Position numbers and translations under genes: made by a program | Notes under the pieces: model-generated | Database searches by the model: none | What the model was told of the DNA's origin: nothing | What the model saw: the letters and a program-made list of their open reading frames with translations, nothing else | Shown: piece after piece, positions 52,030 to 62,536 of the stretch | Layout: every line of letters begins with the position of its first letter | How positions within the stretch are numbered: position 1 is the first letter of the stretch | NCBI GenBank assembly: GCA_963791665.1 | Contig: CAWBTH010000034.1 | Span: 17,114-81,113 of the forward strand | DNA length: 64,000 nt | From: an uncultured Alphaproteobacteria bacterium | Lineage (GTDB): Bacteria; Pseudomonadota; Alphaproteobacteria; Rhizobiales; Xanthobacteraceae | Direction of reading: 5' to 3'

Positions 52030-53688
52030 CTATTCCCCGAATTTCCAGTTGAGGCCGCCGCGCACCAGATGGATGCCGATGGTGCCGGTCGAAAGCGTCC
52101 CGCGGGTGGTCTCGAGGTAATAGGCATTGTCGGTATCGGAGCCCTGATAGGCGGTGCTGAAGCCGGCATACTGCGTGTAGAGATATTCGGTCTTGAAGCT
52201 GACATTGCGCCACAGCGCATATTCGGCGCCGGCGCCCGCGGCCCAGCCGAGCCGCGTCGTGCTACCCCAGCCCGCCCATGATCCCACCGCGGGGCCATCG
52301 ATCGAATCGAAGAACGATCTGGAGAGACCAGCGGAAAAGCTGGAATAGGCGATACCGCCCGTCGCATAGGCGAGCAGCCGGTCAGTCGGACGATATCCCA
52401 GCCGCAGCCGGGTCGTACCGAACCAGTTCTGATTCACGCTGAGCGACGTGTTTGCATACTCGGGATAGGGCGGGTTGTAGAAGATGTTGTAAGACAGCGC
52501 GCTTGCGCGTGAGCCGCGGATGCCGCTCCACTGCAGATCGGTTTCGATGCCTGCGACAAACCTGTTCGGCAGCTCGTGATTGTAACCGAGCTGCACGCCG
52601 GCCTCGAAGCCGCCGCTGCGCAGCCGACGATCGATATCGTTGGAATTAATTTCGCTCGTCGTGCCCGGAAAAAGGTTGACCACGTTGAGCGACGTCTCGA
52701 ACTGGTTGGGCCTCAGCGTGCCGGCGCCATAACCGCCGTTTACGCCGGCGTAGAAGCCGGTCCAGTTCGGGGTCCATGCGGTCATCGCGCCGTACGTCCC
52801 ACTACTTTGTTCGCCGTCCTGGAGACGATAGTTCAGTCCCGCGCGCACGAGGTGAATGCCCAACGGGCCGGTCGAAAACGTTGCGGTCGAGACATAGGGC
52901 CTCGAGCCCTCGTAATCGACATAGGGCGAGTAGAACCCGGAATAACCGGTGTAAAGATATTCGGATTTCAGGCTGACGCGGCTGGAGAGTCCGACTTCGA
53001 CGCCCGCGCCGGCCGCAACTCCAAACCGTGTCGACGAAGCGGCGCTCGCGATGTTGACATAGTTGGCCGGGTTCGGAAAAAACTCGCTGCCATAGGCCGA
53101 ATTTCCGACCGAGAAATTCGAGTAGGCAACGCCTCCGGTGACATAGACGAGCAGATGGTCGAAGGCATAACCGGCACGCAGCCGCGTCGTGCCAAACCAG
53201 TTCTGGCCAATCCACATGCCTGCGAAGTTGTATCCCCCGATCGGATAGCCGCCGCCGATGTCGTAGTTGAAGTGGGTATTATCCGAGGGGCGGGCGCCGA
53301 TATTGCTCCACTGAAAATCGCTTTCGATGCCGAGCACGACGTTATTGTTGAGTTGATGATTGTAGCCGGCCTGGAGACCGGCGAAGAAGCCGCCCATCCT
53401 GTGGTGTTGTTCGTCGAGCCTTTGATCGCCGGGATACCCCGGCTGCGCGAGACCGGTGATGTTGTAGAGCGGACTGACGGGCCCGCCGCCGGCGCCGCCG
53501 TTCAGGCCGACGTAAAATCCCGACCAATTGTAGAAGGGGACCGGTGCTGGTTCGGCCGAGGCGGGGGCTACGCCTGCGATGAGCGGAAGGCTGGCCGCAA
53601 CCAGCACCGGAAGGAGAGACGAGAAGCGCGCGCGCCGCCGTTCGGCAATCGCGCCGCAATAGTTAACAAGTTCTTGCAGGCCCGTCAT
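52030..53688 (-). CDS. Outer membrane protein with two tandem Omp25/RopB-like beta-barrel domains
   Basis: Two units W[ST]GFY.G.NGG...G..AG.Q.GYN...WFGTTRLR.GY...K.EYLY...HLVR.GLN; start uncertain. Confidence 0.85.
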   Translation of the reverse strand: MTGLQELVNYCGAIAERRRARFSSLLPVLVAASLPLIAGVAPASAEPAPVPFYNWSGFYVGLNGGAGGGPVSPLYNITGLAQPGYPGDQRLDEQHHRMGGFFAGLQAGYNHQLNNNVVLGIESDFQWSNIGARPSDNTHFNYDIGGGYPIGGYNFAGMWIGQNWFGTTRLRAGYAFDHLLVYVTGGVAYSNFSVGNSAYGSEFFPNPANYVNIASAASSTRFGVAAGAGVEVGLSSRVSLKSEYLYTGYSGFYSPYVDYEGSRPYVSTATFSTGPLGIHLVRAGLNYRLQDGEQSSGTYGAMTAWTPNWTGFYAGVNGGYGAGTLRPNQFETSLNVVNLFPGTTSEINSNDIDRRLRSGGFEAGVQLGYNHELPNRFVAGIETDLQWSGIRGSRASALSYNIFYNPPYPEYANTSLSVNQNWFGTTRLRLGYRPTDRLLAYATGGIAYSSFSAGLSRSFFDSIDGPAVGSWAGWGSTTRLGWAAGAGAEYALWRNVSFKTEYLYTQYAGFSTAYQGSDTDNAYYLETTRGTLSTGTIGIHLVRGGLNWKFGE

Positions 53689-53954
53689 TTTTAGCGATTC
53701 CAAGAGATCGATGCGCGCACTCTAATCGGTGGCCCGCATCTGTCTCGGACTGCCCGGCATGGGCCTTGGCCTGCGCGGTCCTCACGGCATTTCCGTCTGG
53801 TGTGTGGCGGCGCCGACACAGGATTTGCGCACAACCCTTGGCCTTTACGGCACGGCATTGGACTGATCGGCACCAGCGTGTGCATCGGCCGAACCGCGCC
53901 GGCATGAACGCGTTTTGATTTCACTGCGACTGAGACGATGGAGCGCTCAGGGAC

Positions 53955-54947
53955 GTGAGCATGCAGGATCTACCGCCCTTCCAACGGGTACGGATTTCGA
54001 CCGCGGATTTTCCCGAACACAAACGCCTTGCGATGTGGCGCGAGGTCTACGGCCGCGGCGTCACCAACTGCGACATCGAGCCGATCCATGACATCCCGTT
54101 TCGCGCCGATGTCGCTTTCAGTCTGCTGCCCGACGTGACGATCGTGGCGGGCGCGCGAACGCCGGCGACCTACCATGTGACGCGGGAGTTCGCAGGCCGC
54201 GGCAGGGACGTCGTCGCGCTCAGCATTCTGCGCAGCGGTGCAGCGACCGCCACGCAATTCGACCGGGAGCTGATCAGCGGTGTCGGCAGCGCAAGTGTGC
54301 TGATGTCCAGCGATCCCTCGGCCAGCACGATGCTGTCGGAAGGCCGTTTCGTGACGCTCGCGATGCCGCGACCCTCGATATCGGCGCTTGTTCCGAACCT
54401 GTCGGAGGCCGCCGGCCGGTCAATTCGAAGCGACAATCCCGCACTGCGCCTTCTGATCCGCTATCTCGAGATGGTCGAGGCCGCCACCGAATTCGAAAAT
54501 CACGCGGTGGCCAGCGCCGTCTCGACCCACATTCTCGATCTGGCCGCGCTTGCGCTTGGCGCGCGCGGTGATGTCGCAGAACAGGCACAACTTCGCGGCG
54601 CCAGGGCCGCGCGTCTGGATGCCATCAGGGCCGACATCCGCAATCATCTCGGTGCCGGCGATTTGTCGGTGGCCGAGATTGCCGCCCGCCACGGCATTTC
54701 GCCGCGCTATGTGCGAAAGCTGTTCTGGGAGCAGGGATCGTCGTTCTCGGTTTTCCTGCTCGAGGAGCGGCTGGAGAAAGCGCGGCGGATGCTCGGTGAT
54801 CGCCGTTATGCGCATCTCAACATCGCGCGGGTCGCGCACGAAGCCGGCTTCAACGACATCTCCTATTTCAACCGCAGCTTCCGCCGCCGCTTCCTTGCGA
54901 CGCCCTCGGATATTCGCGAGACCGCGCGACTGTCATGGCGGGAGTGA
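53955..54947 (+). CDS. AraC-family regulator
   Basis: ISPRYVRKLF, GFNDISYFNRSFRRRF..TPS. Confidence 0.93.
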   Translation: MSMQDLPPFQRVRISTADFPEHKRLAMWREVYGRGVTNCDIEPIHDIPFRADVAFSLLPDVTIVAGARTPATYHVTREFAGRGRDVVALSILRSGAATATQFDRELISGVGSASVLMSSDPSASTMLSEGRFVTLAMPRPSISALVPNLSEAAGRSIRSDNPALRLLIRYLEMVEAATEFENHAVASAVSTHILDLAALALGARGDVAEQAQLRGARAARLDAIRADIRNHLGAGDLSVAEIAARHGISPRYVRKLFWEQGSSFSVFLLEERLEKARRMLGDRRYAHLNIARVAHEAGFNDISYFNRSFRRRFLATPSDIRETARLSWRE

Positions 54948-56150
54948 TCACTGCCGCCGCGCCTTCTTGACCTGCTCGGCGGTCACCGCCGGCGCGCTGT
55001 TGCCGAAGGTGTTGCGGATGTAAGTCGTGACGTCGGCGACCTCGTCATCATTGAACTGCCGCGCATAGGCCGGCATCTGCCCGGTGTTCGGCGCCCGCGG
55101 CGTGGTCACGGTCTGCGCGCCGTCGAGGATCAAGCGCAAGGTCGAGGAGGGATCGGCCGATTGCAGCAGCGCGTTGCCGTTGAGCGGCGGATAGACCCCG
55201 GGCGAGCTCGATCCGTCGGCCTCATGGCAGGCGACGCAGTAGTGATCGTAGACCGCCTTGCCCGATGTCATCGCGGCTTCCGAGGGTGGCATGACCAGCG
55301 GCTCCGAATTCCCCGGCGGCAGCGATTTCAGATAGACCGCGATCGCGTGCACATCGATATCGCTCATCTTGGAGGTCGAGTTGACCACGACTTCGGCCAT
55401 CGGGCCGCCGGCATGGCTCTTCTGGTTGCGGCCGCTCGACAGATATTCGGTGATGTCCTCGACCTTCCATGACGCAAGTCCGCTGCGCTCGGCGGCATCG
55501 AGCCGCGGCGCGAACCAGCCGTCGACGAGCCCGCCGGCAAAGCTGCGGTTGCGGCGGTCGGCGCCGAACAGGTTTTTGGGCGTATGGCAGGCGCCGCAAT
55601 GGCCGAGCGCCTCGACCAGATAGCGGCCGCGGTTCCACTCGGTCCCCTTGCGCTGGTCGGGCTCGAGGATGCCCGGCCGGAAGAACAGGTAATCCCACAC
55701 CCGCATCACCACGCGGAAGTTGAGCGGAAAGCGCAGCTCCGGCGGCGGCGCCTTGTTGGCGTAAGGCGTGAGCGTCGCAAGGTAAGCGCGGATCGCGAGA
55801 ATGTCGGGTCGCGTGAGCTTGGTGAAATAAGGGTAGGGGAAGGCCGGGTAGTAACGCGATCCGTCGGGCGCGATGCCCGAGCGCAGCGCGTTGTAGAAAT
55901 CCTGCTCGCTCCACCCTCCGATGCCGGTCTCGCGGTCGGGCGTCAGGTTCGGCGACGTGATTGCGCCGAACGGCGTCTCGATCCGCAACCCCCCGGCAAA
56001 CGGCTTGGCCGGATCCGACGTGTGGCAGCTGAAGCAGTCGCCGGCATCGACCAGCGCCTTGCCGCGCGCGATCACGTCCTGCGACGGCTCGGCGGCTTGC
56101 GCGGCGGAGAGCGCAGTGCACAAAAACAGAGCTGCGAGAATCGCCCGCAT
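54948..56150 (-). CDS. Triheme c-type cytochrome (membrane-bound dehydrogenase cytochrome subunit type)
   Basis: CFSCH, CGACH, CVACH; NLTPD, YPAFPY. Confidence 0.92.
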   Translation of the reverse strand: MRAILAALFLCTALSAAQAAEPSQDVIARGKALVDAGDCFSCHTSDPAKPFAGGLRIETPFGAITSPNLTPDRETGIGGWSEQDFYNALRSGIAPDGSRYYPAFPYPYFTKLTRPDILAIRAYLATLTPYANKAPPPELRFPLNFRVVMRVWDYLFFRPGILEPDQRKGTEWNRGRYLVEALGHCGACHTPKNLFGADRRNRSFAGGLVDGWFAPRLDAAERSGLASWKVEDITEYLSSGRNQKSHAGGPMAEVVVNSTSKMSDIDVHAIAVYLKSLPPGNSEPLVMPPSEAAMTSGKAVYDHYCVACHEADGSSSPGVYPPLNGNALLQSADPSSTLRLILDGAQTVTTPRAPNTGQMPAYARQFNDDEVADVTTYIRNTFGNSAPAVTAEQVKKARRQ

Positions 56151-56399
56151 GAGACTCACCCGGCAGAAGCCCCCGCGCGCATTATAGGGCCGTTATCTCG
56201 TTTCGCGAGCATGGGTCCACGCGACACAAGCACAATAGCCATGCGCAATTTCCGGCACGATATTGCGATCTCGCGAGGCATGGCTTCATTGCCCAGAATT
56301 ATGCTGCGCCGCGCGGAAAATCCGACATAGACTGGCATTGGTTTACTGCATGATTAGCTGCAAAAGCGCAGGGACACGCAAAGGCTTACGAGGGCGTCG

Positions 56400-59300
56400 A
56401 TGGGAATCAACCAGGGTCCGATCAGTCTCGACCAGAAATACACCCAAGGGACGGGACACGTCTTCCTGACGGGCATTCAGGCGCTGGTCCGCCTGCCGAT
56501 GGCGCAGATCCGGCGCGACCGCGCCGCGGGGCTCAACACCACCGCCTTCATATCCGGCTATCGCGGCTCGCCGCTCGGCGGCTACGACCAGCAACTGTTT
56601 GCTGCGCGAAAGCATCTCGAGCAGTACAACATCAAGTTCCAGCCCGGCGTCAACGAGGACCTCGCCGCGACGGCCGTGTGGGGCTCGCAGCAGCTCAACC
56701 TGTCGAAGGGCGCGAACTACGACGGCGTTGTTGGCATCTGGTACGGCAAGGGCCCCGGCGTCGACCGCTGTGGCGACGTGTTCCGGCACGGCAATACGGC
56801 GGGCTCGGCCAAGAACGGCGGCGTGCTGTGTCTTGCCGGCGACGATCATGGCGCGAAATCCTCCACCGTGCCGCATCAGTCCGACCACGCCTTCATCTCC
56901 GCGCTGATGCCGTATCTTTATCCGTCGAGCATCCACGAGATGATCGAGATGGGCCTGCTCGGCATCGCGATGTCGCGCTATAGCGGCTGCTGGGTCGGCA
57001 TGAAGGTGATTACCGAGACGGTGGAGACCACCGCCGAGATCGACCTCACCGACGAGATGACGCCGTTCGTGATTCCCCCCGATTTCGAGATGCCGCCCGG
57101 CGGGCTCAATCTGCGCTGGCCCGACGACCGTTTTGAGCAGGACCGGCGCCTGCAGGACTACAAGGGTTTTGCCGCGGTCGCCTTTGCCCGCGCCAATAGA
57201 GTCAATCGCATTACCATGGACTCGCCGAACGCACGCTACGGCATCATGGCCTCCGGCAAGAGCTATGAGGATATCCGCCAGGCGTTGCGCGAGCTGGGGA
57301 TCACCGAGGAGGTCGCCGCGAAGATCGGCCTTCGGCTCTACAAGATCGGCATGCCCTGGCCGCTGGAGCCGGAAGGCGTGCACCAGTTCGCTGTCGGGCT
57401 CGAAGAGATATTCATCGTCGAGGAACGGCGCGAGATCGTCGAGAACCAGGTCAAGCAGGTGCTGTTCAACTGGCGCGACGATGTGCGCCCGCGCATCGTC
57501 GGCAAGATGGACGACCATGACAAGCGCTTCCTCACCTTCGCCGCCGAGCTCAGCGTCTCCTCGCTTGCAAGCTCCCTGACCGAACGACTTCTTCGCCTCG
57601 ATCTCAATCCCGAAATCAAGAGCATGCTTCGCGCCAAGGCCGACTGGTTCAATGGCCGCGAGGCGACGCAGGTGCAGGCTGTCGCTCCGATCAGCCGGAC
57701 GCCGTATTTCTGCTCGGGCTGTCCGCACAACACCTCGACCAAAGTGCCCGAAGGCAGCCGCGCCTTTGCCGGCATCGGCTGCCACTTCATGGCGCTGTGG
57801 ATGGACCGTTCGACCGAGACGTTCACCCATATGGGCGGCGAGGGCGTGCCCTGGGTCGGAGTCGCGCCTTTCACCAAAGAGCAGCATGTGTTCGCCAATC
57901 TCGGCGACGGCACCTATTTCCATTCCGGCAGTCTGGCGATCCGGCAGGCGGTCGCCTCCGGCGCCAACATCACCTACAAGCTGCTCTATAACGACGCGAC
58001 CGCGATGACCGGCGGCCAGCACGTCGACGGCGAGCTGTCGCCGCAGCAGATCACCTTCCAGATGCACGCCGAAGGCATTCGCCACATTTATCTGGTTTCC
58101 GAGAAACCGGAGCTTTACCCCGCTTCCGACATCGCGCCCGGCGTGATCACGCGGCATCGCGATGAGCTCGATGCCGTGATGAGGGAATGCCGCGAGCTGA
58201 AGGGCACCTCGGCAATCGTGTTCGTGCAGACCTGCGCCGCCGAGAAGCGCCGCCGCCGCAAGCGCGGCCTGATGGAAGACCCGGCGCGTCGCGTCATGAT
58301 CAATCCGGCGGTGTGCGAGGGCTGCGGCGACTGCTCGGTGCAGTCGAACTGCATCTCGGTCGAACCGCTGGAGACGGAGATGGGGCGCAAGCGCACCATC
58401 AACCAGTCGTCCTGCAACAAGGATTACTCCTGCCTCAAAGGCTTTTGCCCGTCCTTCGTTACCATCGACGGCGGCAAGCCGCGCCGCCGCGCGCCGGCCG
58501 AGCTCGGCGACATCGGCGATTTGCCGGAGCCGGCGTCACTGCCGCCGCTCGACAAACCCTACAACATCGCGGTCGCCGGCGTCGGCGGCACCGGCGTGCT
58601 CACCATCGGCGCGCTGCTCGGCATGGCCGCCCATATCGAGGGCAAGGCCAGCATGATCCTCGACATGTCAGGCTTTGCGCAAAAGGGCGGGGCGGTGCTG
58701 AGCCATGTCCGGCTCTCCGAGCACACGCGCGACGTGACCTGCTCGCGCATCGTCACCGGCACCGCCGATCTCGTGATGGCCGCCGATGAGGTGGTGGCGG
58801 TCTCGAAGGACACGATCACACTTTGCGAAGTCGAGCCGTACCACCGGGATCATCAACAGCCACATCATTCCGACCGCGGACTTCATCCTCAATCGCGACT
58901 TCAATTTCCAGAACCGCAAGGTTGCGAGCGTGCTGGAGACCTCGCTGCGCAAGGACTCGGCTTTCGTCGATTTCACGCGGCCGGCCGAAGTGCTGCTCGG
59001 CAACTCCATCGCGACCAACATCATGATGATGGGCTATGCCTATCAGCGAGGTCTGCTGCCGCTGTCGGCGCAGGCGATCGAGCACGCGATCGAGGTCAAC
59101 GGCGTCTCGATCAAGATGAACACGCAGGCCTTCCGGCTCGGCCGGCTCGCCGCCGCCGACCCGGCGCGGCTGGATGCGATGATGCAGGGGCAGGACGAGG
59201 CGCATGCGCCGAAGTCGCTGGATGCGATGACGCTGGACGAGATCATCGCGCATCGCAGCGAGTTCCTCACCGCCTATCAGAGCAAGCGGCTCGCGAAACG

Positions 59301-59892
59301 CTATCGCGCTTTGGTCGATCAGGTGCGCGATGCTGCGACCAAGGGCGGCTACGGCGACGCGCTGCCGCGCGCGGTCGCGATCAACTACGCGAAACTGCTG
59401 GCCTACAAGGACGAGTATGAAGTGGCGCGGCTCTTCACCGACGGCCGGTTCGAGCAGCAGCTGCGCGATCAGTTCGAGGGCGACTTCAAGTTCTCGTTCA
59501 ATCTCGCCCCGCCGATCCTTGGCGGCGGCAAGGACGCGCTCGGCCGGCCGAAGAAGCGTGCCTTCGGTGCTTGGATGCTGCCGGTGTTCAAGATGCTGGC
59601 GAAGCTGCGCGTCCTGCGCGGCACCGCGTTGGACATTTTCGCGCACAGTCCCGACCGGAAGCTCGAACGCGATTTGATCGCGGGCTACGAAAAGGACGTT
59701 GCGACCGTGCTGTCGCGGCTGTCGCCGGTCAATGTCGAGACCGCGGTCGAGCTGCTGTCGCTGCCCGACCGCATCCGCGGCTATGGGCCGGTGAAGGAGA
59801 AGGCGGTCAAGGACGCCAAGGCGCGCTACGAGCAGCTCGCCGCCGATCTCGTCAACCCGCCGCCCGCGCCGAGGCAGATTGCGGCGGAGTAG
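56400..59892 (+). CDS. Fused indolepyruvate ferredoxin oxidoreductase family protein (indel near 58830)
   Basis: SGYRGSPLG, FCSGCPHN, GIGCH, GDGT, CEGCGDC, G.GGTG; KLLAYKDEYEVAR and IRGYGPVK in the second frame. Confidence 0.93.
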
Positions 59893-59897
59893 GGGTT

Positions 59898-60060
59898 ATC
59901 CCTCCTCCGCGAGCGAAGCAAGTGTGGGGAGGGTGCCGAGCAGCCAAGGCTGCGAGGCGGGTGGGGGTATTTCATCTCGCGCCGTGCTCGCAATTTCCCC
60001 CACCCGTCTCATCCTTCGCTTCGCTCACGATGAGCCACCCTCCCCACACGGGGGAGGGAT
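59898..60060. repeat. Composite palindromic intergenic element
   Basis: ATCCCTCC...GGAGGGAT ends; GCGGGTGGGGG / CCCCCACCCGT inner arms. Confidence 0.75.
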
Positions 60061-60169
60061 GAGAGGGAGCGCGCGGCCTCACTGTGTCTTTTTCTGCACG
60101 TCGTGCTGATTTCAGCACGTCGCGTTAATCTGTCGCAGCGCCCTCTCTTTCCGAAAATCATAAGCAGTG

Positions 60170-60590
60170 TTATATCTCCTCCGTCCCGCGCTCACTACGG
60201 AGGGCGTTTCGCGATCGTCACGACACGTGGTGCGGGATGCGATGGACGCAAAGGTACGCAGACGATGCGTGTCCGTTGCGTACGGTCAAGCCGTGTGGTC
60301 CTGTCCCGCCAATGCAGGGGACAAGCTGCGCAATGATCCGCGCAGCGACGGTGGCAACGAGCCGGTTCGCCGGGGAGACCACGGAGCAGCCGTAAAGCCA
60401 TTGCGCAGGGAGTGCCGGAGTGATTTCGGCGTACCTGTGTTGGCCTGCGTGCGTCTTTTTCATTTTGCACGCGTGGCAGTGGGTGCGGCGTGCACCCGGC
60501 ATTCCCTGCGCCCTCTGTTTTCGGAGGGCCACCGAATTGCAAAACTCGGACGCGAAATCGCGCCGCGGGAATGCGAAGCTCTGTCCTCAA
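60170..60590 (+). other. Long multi-stem non-coding element (MITE-like or structured RNA)
   Basis: Multiple nested stems including 60403-60418 / 60496-60511; overlapping ORFs are not protein-like; ends approximate. Confidence 0.6.
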
Positions 60591-60596
60591 ACTCCG

Positions 60597-60699
60597 TCGT
60601 CATTCCGGGGCGCGCCTCTTGGCGCGAGCCCGGAATCCATACTCACGATGGTGGTTATGGATTCCGGGCCCGGCGCTTCGCGGCGTCCCGGAATGACGA
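60597..60699. repeat. CGTC-type palindromic element
   Basis: TCGTCATTCCGGG..CCCGGAATCCATA / TATGGATTCCGGG..CCCGGAATGACGA. Confidence 0.85.
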
Positions 60700-60863
60700 A
60701 GTCGGGGGAGCCCCGCGGCCAGCGCCGCCTTGCGTCCACCCGCTATGCTCTCACCGCCTAGACCCTCTCGCGCCACGGAATATTTCACCGCTTGCCAAGC
60801 CTGCCCCGACAGGCCAAGAAAATATCCGGAAATAGAACAAGAAAACGCCGAGCGGAGAAACAT

Positions 60864-62021
60864 TTGACCATCAAGGGCAAGGCCTACATCGCCGGGATTT
60901 ACGAGCATCCGACCCGGCACGCACCCGATAAATCCACCAGCCAGCTCCACGCCGAGGTCGCCAAAGGGGCGCTCGAGGACGCCGGGCTCACCAAGCACGA
61001 CATCGACGGCTATTTCTGCGCCGGCGACGCTCCGGGCGGGGTGATGAACATGGTCGATTATCTCGGCCTCGACATGAAGAAGCTGCGCCATATCGACTCC
61101 ACCGATACCGGCGGCTGCTCCTATTTGATCCATCTCGGCCATGCCGCCGAGGCCATCGCCGCCGGTAAATGCTCGATCGCGCTGATCACGCTTGCCGGCA
61201 AGCCGCGCACCGGGGCGATGCCGCCGCGCGCGTCCGGCGCCGAGGCCGACTTCGAGAACGCCTACGGCCAGACAACGCACAATGTCTACGGCATGTGTGC
61301 CATGCGGCACATGCACGACTTCGGCACCACTTCCGAGCAGCTCGCCTGGGTCAAGGTCGCGGCCTCCCATCATGCGCAATACAATCCGCATGCGATGCTG
61401 CGAGATGTCGTCACCGTCGAGGACGTCCTGAACTCGCCGATGATCTCCGATCCGCTGCACCGGCTGGACTGCTGCGTCATCACCGACGGCGGCGGCGCGC
61501 TGATCGTGACCTCGCCCGAGATTGCGAAAAGCCTGAAGAAACCGCTGGTCCGCCTGATCGGCCATGGCGAGGCGACCAAGGGTCCGCGCGGCGGCAAGCA
61601 TCACGACATGACTTATTCCGCCGGCGTCTGGTCCGGCCCGCGCGCCTTCGAGGAAGCGGGCGTCACGCCCAAGGACATCAAATACGCCTCGATCTATGAC
61701 AGCTTCACCATCACCGTGGTGATGCAGCTCGAAGACATCGGCTTCTGCAAGAAAGGCGAGGGCGGCAAGTTCGTCGCCGACGGCAATTTGATCTCCGGCG
61801 TCGGCAAGCTGCCGTTCAACACCGATGGCGGCGGTCTGTGCAGCAACCATCCAGTCAACCGCGGCGGCCAGACCAAGATCATCGAGGCCGTGCGGCAGTT
61901 GCGCGGCGAAGCCCATCCCAAGGTGCAGGTGAAGAACTGCGACCTCGCGGTGGCGCACGGCACCGGCGGACTTCTGGGCAATCGCCACGCCGCCTCAACC
62001 TGCATTCTGGAGCGTGCGTGA
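60864..62021 (+). CDS. Thiolase-domain (SCP2/Ltp2-like) protein
   Basis: TTG start after GGAG; LDCC.ITDGG.A, YDSFT, NTDGGGL..NHP, EAVRQLRG. Confidence 0.9.
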   Translation: MTIKGKAYIAGIYEHPTRHAPDKSTSQLHAEVAKGALEDAGLTKHDIDGYFCAGDAPGGVMNMVDYLGLDMKKLRHIDSTDTGGCSYLIHLGHAAEAIAAGKCSIALITLAGKPRTGAMPPRASGAEADFENAYGQTTHNVYGMCAMRHMHDFGTTSEQLAWVKVAASHHAQYNPHAMLRDVVTVEDVLNSPMISDPLHRLDCCVITDGGGALIVTSPEIAKSLKKPLVRLIGHGEATKGPRGGKHHDMTYSAGVWSGPRAFEEAGVTPKDIKYASIYDSFTITVVMQLEDIGFCKKGEGGKFVADGNLISGVGKLPFNTDGGGLCSNHPVNRGGQTKIIEAVRQLRGEAHPKVQVKNCDLAVAHGTGGLLGNRHAASTCILERA

Positions 62022-62410
62022 TGGCTGATGCGAAGAAACTGAAGGCGCCGGAGACCAATCCCGAGACCGCGCCGTTCTGGGAGGCGGCCAAGGCGGGCAA
62101 GTTCATGATCAAGCGCTGCACCGCCTGCGGCGAGCCGCATTATTTCCCGCGCTCGATCTGTCCATTTTGCTTCTCCGACAAGACGGTGTGGGAGGAATCT
62201 TCCGGCGAGGCGACGATTTACACCTTCAGCCTGATGCGGAAATCGGCAACCGGTCCGTTCGCGATCGCCTATGTCACGCTGAAGGAAGGCCCGACCTTGC
62301 AGACCAATATCGTCGATTGCGACATGGACAAGTTGAAGATCGGCCAGAAGGTGAAGGTGGTGTTCAAGCCGACCGACGGCGCGCCGCTGCCGTTCTTCAC
62401 GCCGGTTTGA
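62021..62410 (+). CDS. Zn-ribbon/OB-fold (DUF35) protein
   Basis: PFWEA, CxxC...PR..CPxC, V.L.EGP, L.IG..V.V.F. Confidence 0.92.
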   Translation: MADAKKLKAPETNPETAPFWEAAKAGKFMIKRCTACGEPHYFPRSICPFCFSDKTVWEESSGEATIYTFSLMRKSATGPFAIAYVTLKEGPTLQTNIVDCDMDKLKIGQKVKVVFKPTDGAPLPFFTPV

Positions 62411-62412
62411 GA

Positions 62413-62512
62413 CCCTCATCCTGAGGAGCCGCGAAGCGGCGTCGCGAAGGATGAGGCCGATATCGGGGCCTCATGGTTCGAGACGCGCGTTCCGCGCTCC
62501 TCACCATGAGGG
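62413..62512. repeat. Palindromic element
   Basis: CCCTCATCCTGAGGAG..CGAAGGATGAGG / CCTCATGGTTCGAGACG..CTCCTCACCATGAGGG. Confidence 0.85.
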
Positions 62513-62536
62513 AGAACATCGGGAGGAAAATCAAAA

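Noticed and set aside
56252-56266. Sigma54-like CGGCACGATATTGC upstream of the IOR gene
   Set aside because: The GG-to-GC spacing is 9 nt rather than the required 10.
56343-58157. Long antisense and alternative-frame ORFs (also 11069-12319, 33287-34915, 41190-42527)
   Set aside because: Shadow ORFs expected from high-GC codon bias opposite well-supported genes.
60167-60835. 222-aa ORF over the structured element
   Set aside because: It runs through palindromic repeats and has no RBS or recognisable domain.
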